A stretch of DNA of 64,000 bases from Bacillota bacterium (GCA_021805735.1 JAJZEE010000002.1:284-64283); one strand, 5' to 3'. Counted from the first letter of the stretch, positions 8,909 to 18,655 are shown. Notes: generated by a model not told the origin, from the sequence alone. Translations and numbers: made by a program.

Positions 8909-9091
8909 AGAAAAATCCTGTCGTAGCAAGTAAAAATCGGATTGTCGCCCGAAAATTGGCAGACATCCGATTTTTCGTTTTGTGGGCGGATTGTTCGCGC
9001 ATGTGTTAGTTGGATAATTGGTAAAGGCATGAATTCCATAGTGGGCCAGAGCCGGGTTTCTCCCCAGCCCGCTATGTCGTATGAGCCGTCG

Positions 9092-9883
9092 CTACGATGT
9101 TGGTGCGGAAGGGGCAGTGGAACCATAGGCGACGTTTAATCCGTCCGTGTCGCTATCAGGCGCCGAGGGAGTGGAGACCTGCTTGCGATGCTGGATCATG
9201 ACGCCGCCATCGGCGATGACCAAGCCGGGATTGACGCCATTGACCGTTCCAGGATCAAAGGTGGTCTGGCCATAGTTGGCGAGTGTTGCCACGTGGCCGC
9301 CAATTGTCGGTGCTTCCTGGATCCATTCTGCGGACGCAGCGGGCCCTGAATATGCCTGAGTGGTTGTAAATGATTCATTTTCAGTCACGTTGTTAATTGT
9401 AATCGTCCAATCGCCGTTGCCGTCATTCTTGATCGAAGCGGTCATATGATCGCCTGGTTTTACGGTCATATTGGTGATGACCGTTTCGGCGGCAGGAAGA
9501 ATCTCCCACCATGCGTCGTAGTGTGTTGATCCGTTGTAATAATCCTGTTCGGTTCCTGTCTGGATTAAACTGCTGTTATTGAAGCCATCGATGCCAATCC
9601 AACTCGATGAATAGGTGGATCCTTTACTGGGTTGGACAGCCGGAACAACCCAACTCCCGGTGATGTTGTTATATTGGCCTGCAGAGCCAGACAGTGCGTA
9701 TCCTGACCAGTTGCTGGACGCCCACCCATATCCGCTGGCTGCCGTGGTCCTGCTTGGCTTCAGTTTGATCCTCGGCGCATGCGCGACCGCGCCGCTTGAC
9801 GCTGATGCGGGGCTGATCATCGGGGCGGACAACAGACAGCCAACAGCCAGGACGGAGGACACTGCATAAAGCATGGACTTCAT
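9092..9883 (-). CDS. Secreted glutamic peptidase, family G1 (eqolisin / Peptidase_A4-like)
   Basis: 263 aa with a signal peptide. Contains SSNWSGY, SSWIGIDG, LIQTGTE (candidate catalytic Gln) and AEWIQE (candidate catalytic Glu). Confidence 0.8.
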   Translation of the reverse strand: MKSMLYAVSSVLAVGCLLSAPMISPASASSGAVAHAPRIKLKPSRTTAASGYGWASSNWSGYALSGSAGQYNNITGSWVVPAVQPSKGSTYSSSWIGIDGFNNSSLIQTGTEQDYYNGSTHYDAWWEILPAAETVITNMTVKPGDHMTASIKNDGNGDWTITINNVTENESFTTTQAYSGPAASAEWIQEAPTIGGHVATLANYGQTTFDPGTVNGVNPGLVIADGGVMIQHRKQVSTPSAPDSDTDGLNVAYGSTAPSAPTS

Positions 9884-10057
9884 GGGAAGTTACCACTCCT
9901 TAGCATTTAATGGAATATCAATTATGAATATGCAGTCGTCGGTGAAAAACATTACCTAAATTCATGCAAAATTAATCAGAGTGCTCACGACATTTAGAAC
10001 GCATCTTAAATTCTACCGTTGAAACGCCTTTGTTGGAAAGTATTTTATAATAGTTGC

Positions 10058-10086
10058 TTGACAAAAAGAAGTGACTACATTATTAT
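10058..10086 (+). promoter_or_regulatory. Putative sigmaA-type promoter upstream of yceI-like gene
   Basis: TTGACA, a 17-nt spacer, then TATTAT. This would give a leader of about 165 nt. Confidence 0.45.
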
Positions 10087-10254
10087 AACCTACATGGCGC
10101 GCGAACTACGTGACGTAAGCCAATAAAATATGGGAAGGTGGTTATCAATAAGTTGAGGATTGCTGGGCATGCTGGATTGTGACAATTTAAATCCGGGTCA
10201 ACAGGTTCTGAAAGACAATAAACCTTTTGTAAATAAAATCTGGAGGGATACTCG

Positions 10255-10788
10255 ATGGCAAAGCAAAAATGGGTCGTTGACGCAGCACACAGCAGTATTG
10301 ATTTTTCCATTAAGCACATGATGGTGGCAAAAGTGAAAGGATCGTTTCATTCCATTGATGCATCGATTGACGCCGATCTCGAAGATTTGACGACGGCCAA
10401 TATTGAGTTCAGCGTGGATGTCGCGAGCATCGATACACGAAACGGGGATCGCGACAATCACCTGCGTTCCGCCGATTTCTTTGATGTAGAAAACCATCCG
10501 AAGATGGCGTTCAAGTCCACGAAGATCGTCAAGAAGGACGACAGCGAGTATGATGTGACGGGGGATATGACCATTCGCGGTACAACCCGACCGGAAACGT
10601 TCCACGTGACCTACGAAGGATATGGAAAAGACCCGTGGGGGAACGAAAAAGCCGGATTCAGTGGTCAGGGCGTCATCAAACGCAGTGAATACGGACTCAC
10701 CTGGAACGCGGCGCTCGAAACGGGCGGCGTCCTTGTCGGGGATCAGGTTCAGATCTCGATTGAAATTGAGGCTGCGAAACAAGCGTAA
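10255..10788 (+). CDS. YceI-family (polyisoprenoid-binding) protein
   Basis: 177 aa. Contains WVVDAAHSSIDFSIKHMMVAKVKGSF and DTRNGDRDNHLRSADFFD, which are typical YceI motifs. Confidence 0.85.
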   Translation: MAKQKWVVDAAHSSIDFSIKHMMVAKVKGSFHSIDASIDADLEDLTTANIEFSVDVASIDTRNGDRDNHLRSADFFDVENHPKMAFKSTKIVKKDDSEYDVTGDMTIRGTTRPETFHVTYEGYGKDPWGNEKAGFSGQGVIKRSEYGLTWNAALETGGVLVGDQVQISIEIEAAKQA

Positions 10789-11002
10789 ATACGAGTCGGA
10801 TCCGGTTAGGCAAGGTGGTGCCCCGCAAAGAGACGTCCGACCGATCTGGCCGGATGTCTCTCGCATCATCACGGACGATGGACGAGCGAACACGGATCAC
10901 GGCAAGATGTTCATAGGTAGGGTCATTCGCGTTCCGGGATCGCGTATTTAGCCCGTTTTTTTCGGAAAGACTAGAGCCGAAATCTTATGAGGGGGTAGGT
11001 TT

Positions 11003-11431
11003 ATGGCTCTGGTTCCTTATGATCCTTTTGGCGTGTTGAATCGAGAATCGTTTCCGATGCTGTCGCGGTTCATTGATGACGATTGGTTTGGCGGAACAAC
11101 TCCGCGCATTCGCGCCGACCTGCGTGAAACACCGACGGAGGTGATTGTCTCGGCGGACATTCCCGGCTTGGACAAGAAGGACGACGTGAATATTGTCGTT
11201 CAAGACAACCGCTTGTATTTGAGTGGTCGCATCGATCGGTCTTATGAAGACAAAGGGGAAAATGTGCATCGCACGGAGCGGCATTTTGGACAGTTTGCCC
11301 GCACGATCAGCTTGCCTGCGACCGTCGACGAGTCCGGCGCAACAGCATCTTACCGCAACGGTGTGCTCGAAATTCGAGTTCCCAAATCACAAAAAGCGAT
11401 CGGTCAGAGAATAGACGTGACATTTCACTGA
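11003..11431 (+). CDS. Hsp20/alpha-crystallin small heat-shock protein
   Basis: 142 aa. Contains ADIPGLDKKDDVNIVVQDNRLYLSG, FGQFARTISLP, and ASYRNGVLEIRVPK. Confidence 0.9.
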   Translation: MALVPYDPFGVLNRESFPMLSRFIDDDWFGGTTPRIRADLRETPTEVIVSADIPGLDKKDDVNIVVQDNRLYLSGRIDRSYEDKGENVHRTERHFGQFARTISLPATVDESGATASYRNGVLEIRVPKSQKAIGQRIDVTFH

Positions 11432-11446
11432 TTCGCGTGTCACCGA

Positions 11447-11472
11447 GAACGGGCGCCTGCGGGCGCCCGTTC
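11447..11472 (+). terminator. Stem-loop terminator after hsp20
   Basis: Perfect 11-bp stem GAACGGGCGCC/GGCGCCCGTTC with a 4-nt loop. The T-tract is weak. Confidence 0.55.
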
Positions 11473-11568
11473 GTAATTATGCACCCTCCGACATCATCTG
11501 AGCCATCCAACAAACTCCAATACGGATCCAGCGCCAAAACGCATGTATAATAATGAACAAACATATCA

Positions 11569-12393
11569 GTGGAGGAACGAAAACTCACTGCACGAAAATT
11601 GATGATTTACGGCGCAGAGACAATCGCTTTCGACTTGGGGGCGCGCGGAATGAACGAGGAGTTGCAAACACTGCGAAACTGGTTGCGGGAGAGTCAACGC
11701 ATTGCCGTATTGTCGGGAGCTGGCATGAGCACGGAGTCGGGGCTGCCTGATTTTCGGTCCGCACACGGTTTATGGGAAAATCCCCGTGTGACGGAGTTGC
11801 TGTCCGCCACCTGCCTGCGTGATACGCCGGACCAATTCTGGAAATCCTTTAGGGAAGCATTCCTTACACCGGCGTTTCACAACGCCAAACCCAATGCCGG
11901 ACACGTCGCCTTGGCGGAGTTGGAACGACGAGGGAAAGACGTCGTCATTTATACACAAAATGTCGATGGACTGCATCAAGCGGCTGGCAGCCAGTCCGTA
12001 TGGGAACTGCACGGGAACCTGCGGCATGTCTATTGTCCTGAATGCGGAGCACAATACGCCATGGATCAGGCGCTGCACGAACCCGTGCCGACATGCCGAG
12101 GTTGGAGTATCAAGAGGAACAGTTGCGAAGAGGTCCTGCATCCAAACGTCGTCTTGTTTGAGCAAAACATTCGTCATATGGAGACCGCGCTGCGCGGGAT
12201 CCTGTCCAGCGACTTGCTGCTGATCCTTGGCACCTCATTGACGGTGGACCCGGTCGCCACTCTGCCGAGTATGGCTTGGCAGGCATCCCGTCGCACAGTC
12301 CTCATCAATTTGACAGAGACCGACTTCGACCCTTACGCAAATCTCGTTATGCATACAAGAGTGGGACAGACATTGGACAGCGCCTTGAACTAA
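11569..12393 (+). CDS. NAD-dependent protein deacylase (Sir2 family)
   Basis: Contains GAGMSTESGLPDFRS, the catalytic His context LHGN, and a Zn ribbon (CPECG...C..C). A more likely start is ATG 11650 (MNEELQ). Confidence 0.88.
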   Translation: MEERKLTARKLMIYGAETIAFDLGARGMNEELQTLRNWLRESQRIAVLSGAGMSTESGLPDFRSAHGLWENPRVTELLSATCLRDTPDQFWKSFREAFLTPAFHNAKPNAGHVALAELERRGKDVVIYTQNVDGLHQAAGSQSVWELHGNLRHVYCPECGAQYAMDQALHEPVPTCRGWSIKRNSCEEVLHPNVVLFEQNIRHMETALRGILSSDLLLILGTSLTVDPVATLPSMAWQASRRTVLINLTETDFDPYANLVMHTRVGQTLDSALN

Positions 12394-12424
12394 GGAATGC
12401 GGGGGCCTCCGCTTGGCGACTCTC

Positions 12425-12472
12425 GGTAATGACCATAGTCAATGACTTAAGTCATTGACTATGGTCATTACC
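12425..12472. promoter_or_regulatory. 48-bp perfect palindrome, candidate TetR operator (may also act as a terminator)
   Basis: ggtaatgaccatagtcaatgactt|aagtcattgactatggtcattacc. It sits 48 nt upstream of the TetR start and is followed immediately by an AT-rich -10-like stretch (tattgtaaaat). Confidence 0.6.
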
Positions 12473-12519
12473 TATTGTAAAATGACAACGCGCGGATGGG
12501 TTGCGAAAGGAGCGTCGGA

Positions 12520-13086
12520 ATGACGAGAAAAGAGCAACGTGAGAGAACGAAGAGGCAACTCTTTGATGAGGCTTTGCGTCTGTTTCGGGAACGCGGGCCG
12601 GCACAAACGTCCGTGGAGGACATTGTGCGCGCCGTGGGGGTGGCGAAAGGAACTTTTTTTGTGCATTTTCCGACCAAGGATGCTGTGTTTCAAGCGTACG
12701 TCGACATGGTGGCGCAAGACCTGCGTTCGGAGGTGGAAGGGTGGTTTTCCATGACGCCAATGGATGCTTTGACGGATGTCTTTAGCCGTCTCACGAAACG
12801 GGCTGAGGTGGATCGGGCATTTATTGGGGACATTGTCCGCGCGGAACTATTTGGAGAACCCTTGGACGATGGTAGGCCTTCGGCTTTACAGGAGATCTTG
12901 CTGCCGTTGATTCGGCGACTTCGAGAGGCGGGCGAGCTTCGTTCGGACATTTCCGATGACGTGGCGGCGCAGCACCTCCTGTCGTGTTATTTGATTCACC
13001 TCGCGTGGGCGTGGCGACGCGGCGAGTCCTTTGAAAGCGCAATGCGCTCCGTACTTCATGTGACTTTTCAAGGACTGCGTCCGTGA
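12520..13086 (+). CDS. TetR/AcrR-family transcriptional regulator
   Basis: Start set at ATG 12520 (MTRKEQRERTKRQL), 7 nt after AAAGGAG. HTH segment: TSVEDIVRAVGVAKGTFFVHF. Confidence 0.9.
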   Translation: MTRKEQRERTKRQLFDEALRLFRERGPAQTSVEDIVRAVGVAKGTFFVHFPTKDAVFQAYVDMVAQDLRSEVEGWFSMTPMDALTDVFSRLTKRAEVDRAFIGDIVRAELFGEPLDDGRPSALQEILLPLIRRLREAGELRSDISDDVAAQHLLSCYLIHLAWAWRRGESFESAMRSVLHVTFQGLRP

Positions 13087-13136
13087 GCGGTTCACTCTGC
13101 AGTGCTGCATGATTTCTTGGGGGAGGAAGGATCTCT

Positions 13137-14567
13137 ATGGATCGCAAACGGATTAAACTGGCCGTTCTCCTGGCCACCTTTCTGGCGGCTTTGGACGGAA
13201 CGATGGTCGCGACTGCCGGACCGGTCATAGCGCGGGGGTTATCTGGACTGAACCTATATCCATGGATGCTCGCCGGGTTTATGGCCGCTGCGGCGATCGC
13301 CACGCCAGTGTTTGGAAGAATCTCGGACATTTTTTCGCCGGGACGGTTGTACACTTTGGCGCTCGGTGTTTTTGCGCTCGGATCGCTCGGTTGCGCGACG
13401 GCGGAGAACATGCCTGTTTTGATTGGATTTCGCGCCTTTCAAGGAATTGGCGCGGGCGGAATCTTTACGGTGGGGCTCATCATGATCGGTCAAGTGTTTG
13501 AGGGTACCGAGAGGGCAAAGGCACTCGGAGCGCAAAGCGCCATGTGGGGAGTCGCGGCCGTATTCGGTCCGGTCGTGGGCGGGCTGTTTGCGGAGGCGGG
13601 GCTATGGCGATGGCTGTTTCTCATGAGTGTTCCTTTGGCCATAGCAGCGATATTCTTGATCCGTTCGATGACAAAGCCTGGCGCAACAAAGCGGGTCGCA
13701 CCAAAGCCAGAATCGAGGACATTTGATTTTGAGGGCGCGCTGTGGTTGACGATCTCCATGTCTGCATTGCTCCTTGTGCCAATGGCCCTTGCCGCGAGCC
13801 AGGACCTACTGGCGCTGACGGCGGTTGCTGCTGGGGGAATCAGCGGCGTTCTCCTTTGGAGAACGGAGCGCCGCGCACGAGATCCCCTGTTGCCAATGCA
13901 GAAGCTTCAGGAGGCCCCGACTATACGCCTTCTGGCAGCGGGGCTCGTGTCCAGCGCCGTACTCTATGCGGCTGTGACGGTGATCCCCCTGCTGACGCAA
14001 AGCGCCATGGGTCTGCCTTCTTCTGTCGCCGGACTGATCCTGCTGCCGATTCCTGTCGGCTGGGCGATCGGCAGCATGGTGGCCGGTCGCAGATGTGGAG
14101 GAGTGGGAGGGCGTCCTGTGGCGAGTATCGGACTCGCGCTGATGACCTTGGGTTTGTTAGTGTGTTCATGGCAGGGTGCGAGCGAGTCGCAAATCTTGGC
14201 CCTGGTGGTGGGCGGAGGATTACTCGGGTTTGGCGTGGGGCATCTAATCATCGGAACGCTCTGGGAGGTGCAGGCGATGGCTGCGGAGCGTGAGATCGGT
14301 CTCTATACGGGTCTGTTTAACTTTGCACGCAATTTGGGCAATGCGTTTGGGCCGGCGATCTTCGGCGGTTTGGTTTTGTTGTTGGAACAAGTATCGCGGG
14401 GCGGTATGGTTGGCAGTGGGTTTCAGAGCCAAGCGACGCCCGCGGTATTGATGCAGTCGATCCGTGAAGTCATGTGGATTCTGGTTGCCGTTTTGGCTAT
14501 CCTGATTCCGGTGGTGGCAGAATTCGGGCCGCGAGAATCACCTTCGGGAGAACTCAACAAGACATGA
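13137..14567 (+). CDS. MFS drug:H+ antiporter (DHA2/EmrB-like, about 14 TMS)
   Basis: 476 aa. Contains LDGTMVATAGP, GRISDIFSPGR, and FRAFQGIGAGG. Confidence 0.9.
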   Translation: MDRKRIKLAVLLATFLAALDGTMVATAGPVIARGLSGLNLYPWMLAGFMAAAAIATPVFGRISDIFSPGRLYTLALGVFALGSLGCATAENMPVLIGFRAFQGIGAGGIFTVGLIMIGQVFEGTERAKALGAQSAMWGVAAVFGPVVGGLFAEAGLWRWLFLMSVPLAIAAIFLIRSMTKPGATKRVAPKPESRTFDFEGALWLTISMSALLLVPMALAASQDLLALTAVAAGGISGVLLWRTERRARDPLLPMQKLQEAPTIRLLAAGLVSSAVLYAAVTVIPLLTQSAMGLPSSVAGLILLPIPVGWAIGSMVAGRRCGGVGGRPVASIGLALMTLGLLVCSWQGASESQILALVVGGGLLGFGVGHLIIGTLWEVQAMAAEREIGLYTGLFNFARNLGNAFGPAIFGGLVLLLEQVSRGGMVGSGFQSQATPAVLMQSIREVMWILVAVLAILIPVVAEFGPRESPSGELNKT

Positions 14568-14651
14568 CCTGCAATCCGAATGTCCGCAGGTGTGTAGCCG
14601 TTTGGACGGGGATCAGTCGCTCCGCCCGTTCCATTGGCTGCTCCGCGGTGT

Positions 14652-14683
14652 AAAAAAAGGATACCCCTCGCCAAGAGGGGTAT
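14652..14683 (-). terminator. Rho-independent terminator (minus-strand sense; possibly bidirectional)
   Basis: ATACCCCTC-GCCAA-GAGGGGTAT. On the minus strand it is followed by CCTTTTTTT. Confidence 0.55.
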
Positions 14684-14860
14684 ATGTGAAAGGGGGTTGC
14701 AATCAGAAACGGATTCCGATGGCAAGACCCATGCTACATCGGGTTTCTTGAAACGAGCTTGATGAAGGAATGGATTGCTGGAAGCACTACCCCTTGAGCA
14801 AATCTATCCGGATTCATAAAACCACTCTTCACAAAACTCAGCTATATGTACGGAGTCTGT

Positions 14861-15154
14861 TTAACGGAATCCCATGTGCCTCTCAACGAGATGCGGTTTT
14901 TCCGGCACGAATACGCCATCGAGGAAGTTCCACTTAATTAGGACGACGCTAGTCAACATCAGTGTCTCCGTCGCTTCAGTGGTCGTCTTCGTCTCTAACA
15001 GGATCTCCAACCACAGTCCCAGTTCATCCACAGCGACCAGTTTGGTTCCGACGAACGTATCCGCGTTGATAAACATGCTTAATGTAGCGTCGTGTCTGGC
15101 GGTTTCGTTCAGACGGATGTATATGATCTGGCCCACACATTCTTCGAGGAACAT
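14861..15154 (-). CDS. Hypothetical protein
   Basis: 97-aa ORF downstream of the VIT1 gene on the same strand. No family recognised. Confidence 0.4.
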   Translation of the reverse strand: MFLEECVGQIIYIRLNETARHDATLSMFINADTFVGTKLVAVDELGLWLEILLETKTTTEATETLMLTSVVLIKWNFLDGVFVPEKPHLVERHMGFR

Positions 15155-15282
15155 TGACTATCACCTCACAGGATAATGTTCGACAAGCGCCGAGGAATTC
15201 CTGTCTGCGGGCAGGCAAAAGAGGAATCATGCGCGAGGCCAATATGGGGGTCATGGCCGTACAGACGGTTTTGGCCATTCGG

Positions 15283-15984
15283 TTACACAATTCTGGACGT
15301 CATCAGTCCCAAACCGTAGGAAGCCAATCCGACGACGATGCCGACGGCCATCATTTCCAATCCGCTGATCCACCAACTCCTCATCGTAACCATACTCTTC
15401 ACGGACCCGACGGCGAAGTGCGCAATCACACTGACAATGGCGGCCGCAATGAATGCCAGCGACGGGGGAAATATCATCAGCGGCAACATGGGGATGCATG
15501 CCCCAATCAATGTGGATACGCCAGCAAACAGAAATGAGTGCATCGGGCTTCTATGATGTTCATTGTCGATGCCTTCCTCCTGGGAGATCAGTTGCATCAA
15601 CTGCTCCGGTCGCTCGGCCAAACGTTTTGTTATCCAAGCGGCCTCCTCCGAATTGAATCCCCTGTGCTCGTAACGAGCGGTCAGTTTGTCGATCTCCCCC
15701 TGCATGTCCCGTTGCACGCGAGCGTGAAGTATTGCGGAATCCCGTTCAGACAGTTCATTTTCAGAGCGGGCGGCCAACCACGCCCCGGCCGCCATGGACA
15801 GCGTACTGGCCAAGGCTCCGAACCATCCTGACAATAAAATCATGCGATGGTTGGCGGTAAAGCCTGCAACTCCAGCAATGATGCCAAATATGGCTGCCAA
15901 ACCGTCGTTCACGCCGTAAATGGCGTCGCCTAACCAGAGTCGTACTTTCATAGGCATTCCCTCAGTTCGCAAAAAAGATGCCAT
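15283..15984 (-). CDS. VIT1/CCC1-family Fe/Mn transporter
   Basis: 233 aa. Contains GVNDGLAAIFGIIAGVAG, a central cytoplasmic helical segment, and C-terminal TMs. Confidence 0.8.
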   Translation of the reverse strand: MASFLRTEGMPMKVRLWLGDAIYGVNDGLAAIFGIIAGVAGFTANHRMILLSGWFGALASTLSMAAGAWLAARSENELSERDSAILHARVQRDMQGEIDKLTARYEHRGFNSEEAAWITKRLAERPEQLMQLISQEEGIDNEHHRSPMHSFLFAGVSTLIGACIPMLPLMIFPPSLAFIAAAIVSVIAHFAVGSVKSMVTMRSWWISGLEMMAVGIVVGLASYGLGLMTSRIV

Positions 15985-16008
15985 GCCCGGTCCGCAGGTG
16001 GGAGTTCG

Positions 16009-17169
16009 CTATATGTGCACCGCACTTGGAACATAGGCGCAGGCAGGATCACTTGCAAATGGATCGCCCGTGATCGCATAGGCCCGTGCGCGGGAACCGC
16101 CACAATGGTCGCGAAATTCGCACAGCCCGCATTTGCCCCCTCGCAGATCTCGATTGCGCAGAGATTGGAGCAGGGAGCTGTCCGAATAAATAGTTGCTAG
16201 CGGAGTGTGCAACACATGCCCGACACTGACACGAAAAAAGCCACTTGGGTACACTTCTCCGGTATGGGATATAAAGATGAATCCATCATCGTCACTGACA
16301 GGATGGTTCGGGCGAAAGATGTCCAGGGGCGGCCGAATGCCTGATGAACCGACTCCCGCATCGGCGTCCATCCTTGAGATTTCCTGTTGCTGCGTGCCGG
16401 CTGCTCTTCTGGAGGCAGGTCTGGATCGCTGCTGTTCCTGAATCCGGTGATAAAATGGGGCTTCCGCCGTTTTGATGGAGAACGGTCTTACCAGGGACTG
16501 TTGATATAGCCATCGCAAAATTCCTTCGGTGTCCTCGGGACTGACCATATTGATCGCTCGCGCGCGTTCCGTTGGAACAAGGAAGAATAGGCTCCACAAG
16601 GTTGTGCCGGCGATCTCGACGGTGTCTGCCATTGCTTGCAACTCATCTTGATTGAAGGTTGTGACCATCGTATTGATTTGAATAGGAATATTTAGCTTAT
16701 CGAGAAAATATAGGACTCGCAGCGTGTCGACAAACGATCTGCTGACCCCCCGGAAGCGATCGTGTGTTTCTGCTGTGGCCCCATCGAGACTGATGGCCCA
16801 TCGTGAGATGCCGGCCTGTTTTGCCTGTTCCATTGCCTTCGTGGTCAATTTTGGTGTGACACTGGATGCCAGCGACACATGGAGTTCCAATCCGGCGGCG
16901 TATTCAATCAATTCGAACAGGTCAGGCCGTTCAAGAGGGTCGCCTCCGGTAAATACAAGCAGCGGGTGATCCATAGCTGCTATTTGGTCGATCACCTTTC
17001 TGGCCTGGTCCGTCGTCAGTTCATCTGGATGTCTTTGGCATTGGGTCTCCGCGCGGCAGTGCAGGCAATGCAACTCACAGGAGCGAGTGAGTTCCCACAT
17101 GACAATGTGGGGGGTATGTCGCAAGCCTCGATCTGTATCCGTTGGGTGGGGTTGTTGCCATTCTATCAC
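16009..17169 (-). CDS. Radical SAM/SPASM-domain protein (NirJ/AhbD-like; TIGR04053-like)
   Basis: 386 aa. Contains CELHCLHC (CX3CX2C), FTGGDPLERPDL, and the C-terminal Cys cluster GGKCGLCEFRDHCGGSRARAY. Confidence 0.85.
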   Translation of the reverse strand: MIEWQQPHPTDTDRGLRHTPHIVMWELTRSCELHCLHCRAETQCQRHPDELTTDQARKVIDQIAAMDHPLLVFTGGDPLERPDLFELIEYAAGLELHVSLASSVTPKLTTKAMEQAKQAGISRWAISLDGATAETHDRFRGVSRSFVDTLRVLYFLDKLNIPIQINTMVTTFNQDELQAMADTVEIAGTTLWSLFFLVPTERARAINMVSPEDTEGILRWLYQQSLVRPFSIKTAEAPFYHRIQEQQRSRPASRRAAGTQQQEISRMDADAGVGSSGIRPPLDIFRPNHPVSDDDGFIFISHTGEVYPSGFFRVSVGHVLHTPLATIYSDSSLLQSLRNRDLRGGKCGLCEFRDHCGGSRARAYAITGDPFASDPACAYVPSAVHI

Positions 17170-17270
17170 TGGGAGACCCTTCTCTCAAAGTGGAATAGAA
17201 AAAATAATTACAGACGCACCTGCCAGGCGACCGTTGCGATCGCCTGGTGGATTGACTGTCATGGTTAGTT

Positions 17271-17477
17271 TTAGCGGGCGCGTTGCTTGCGAAATGCCTG
17301 TCGAGCTGAAGCCCAAATGTTTCCGGTTACCCAGATGCCTAGCAGAAGAGTGGGGATGCCTGGCAACAACTGACTGGGTTGCCCGCTGAAGATGCCGGTA
17401 TATACCATCGCAGTGCCATAAACTCCGGCGGCCAGCGCGACAAGCCAGATGATCCATAACTTCATTCCTTTTGCCAT
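17271..17477 (-). CDS. Small two-TM membrane protein
   Basis: Start set at ATG 17477 (MAKGMKLWIIWLV), 8 nt after GGAGG. The track start, TTG 17507, overlaps the upstream stop. Confidence 0.45.
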   Translation of the reverse strand: MAKGMKLWIIWLVALAAGVYGTAMVYTGIFSGQPSQLLPGIPTLLLGIWVTGNIWASARQAFRKQRAR

Positions 17478-17503
17478 GATTGACGCCTCCTGGTTGTCAG
17501 TTG

Positions 17504-18655
17504 TCAATCCGTAGAGGTCCGAAGCGGCATCATGCTCGGACTCCGCAGTCCATCGTTCATATTATACGCGAAGGTTGCGTCCGGTTGGTAGCACGATGGA
17601 ACCATTTCGGTCGGTTGTTGTTGGTCAATTGTGTGTCCACTGAACTCTTTGGTGCATGATGCGCGCAGTGGGCATTGTCCGCAAGCGTTCGTCTTCTCCA
17701 GATGCCGATACCAGTCGCGCCAGATCGCGCGGTGAACCGGGAGCAACTTGGGCAACTTGTTCAGACCGGGAATCCACGGCACGAGGATAAGCAACACGAA
17801 CAGGAGCCCCATGGCGTACGCGGCCGTTTGATCGCCTGTTGCGCCGGTCGACCACGGTGGAATTTGGTACAGAAATGTGTAGGGCGTCAGCCACCATGGG
17901 CCCGGATAGGCCTGTTCATCGTGATTGATTCCCCACTGTCCGCCAGCCATGTTAATATTGTTGGCAATATTAGGCAAGACTTGACCCTGCAAGAACAGCA
18001 AGTCATTCTGCACGTTCCAGCGATAGACGCCGCCGTTTGTCTCGCGATCCAGGGCGCCAGACAACAATCCGGATTTGGCCAGATTGATCTCGTCATTGAC
18101 CATGAGGGCGACAGGGCCGTAATGACCGGAGGGCAAGAGAACTTGCCCGTTACGCACAGTCGCTTTCCCCAGCGCATTGGTCATGGCGGTGGTCCACGCC
18201 TGTTGCTGTGTGTAGGAGGCTGTTTTGTATGTGTGAAGAGCTGCTGTCAGGGCGCTGTCGTGGGAGGCCGTGGCCAGCATCTGCAAGGGAGTCAGCACAT
18301 CAGCTTGCGCTGTATTGACTTGATACGGTGTGCCCCACCATGTTTGCGGGGAAAACCCCAAGAAGGATTGCACGCTTTGCGCCTGTCCGTGCCAGCCATT
18401 GTTATAGGGGGGGCCATAGCTGGCGATCCCGCCCTGACCATCCAAATCGCCCAGCACTTCCTGTCCGATGCCAATCGGGTTTTGCAAAGCCGCTTGCTGA
18501 TTGGTGACCGCCGGTCGGAAGGGGGCTCCCCAAATGGCTGCGGCCGCAACGATGAGCACAGTGAGGATGCCCAGACTGACAACGCCCTCTTTGACCATGT
18601 CAAAATCCTTTTGGGGAAATTGCAATGTGTCGCGGCTAAAGCGAATGGGTTTCAT
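17504..18655 (-). CDS. Membrane protein with large extracytoplasmic domain and C-terminal Cys-rich tail (unknown family)
   Basis: 383 aa with an ATGA overlap with the cytochrome b gene. TMs at about residues 24-45 and 283-305. The tail contains CGQCPLRASC. No CxxCH or Rieske motif is present. Confidence 0.6.
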   Translation of the reverse strand: MKPIRFSRDTLQFPQKDFDMVKEGVVSLGILTVLIVAAAAIWGAPFRPAVTNQQAALQNPIGIGQEVLGDLDGQGGIASYGPPYNNGWHGQAQSVQSFLGFSPQTWWGTPYQVNTAQADVLTPLQMLATASHDSALTAALHTYKTASYTQQQAWTTAMTNALGKATVRNGQVLLPSGHYGPVALMVNDEINLAKSGLLSGALDRETNGGVYRWNVQNDLLFLQGQVLPNIANNINMAGGQWGINHDEQAYPGPWWLTPYTFLYQIPPWSTGATGDQTAAYAMGLLFVLLILVPWIPGLNKLPKLLPVHRAIWRDWYRHLEKTNACGQCPLRASCTKEFSGHTIDQQQPTEMVPSCYQPDATFAYNMNDGLRSPSMMPLRTSTD

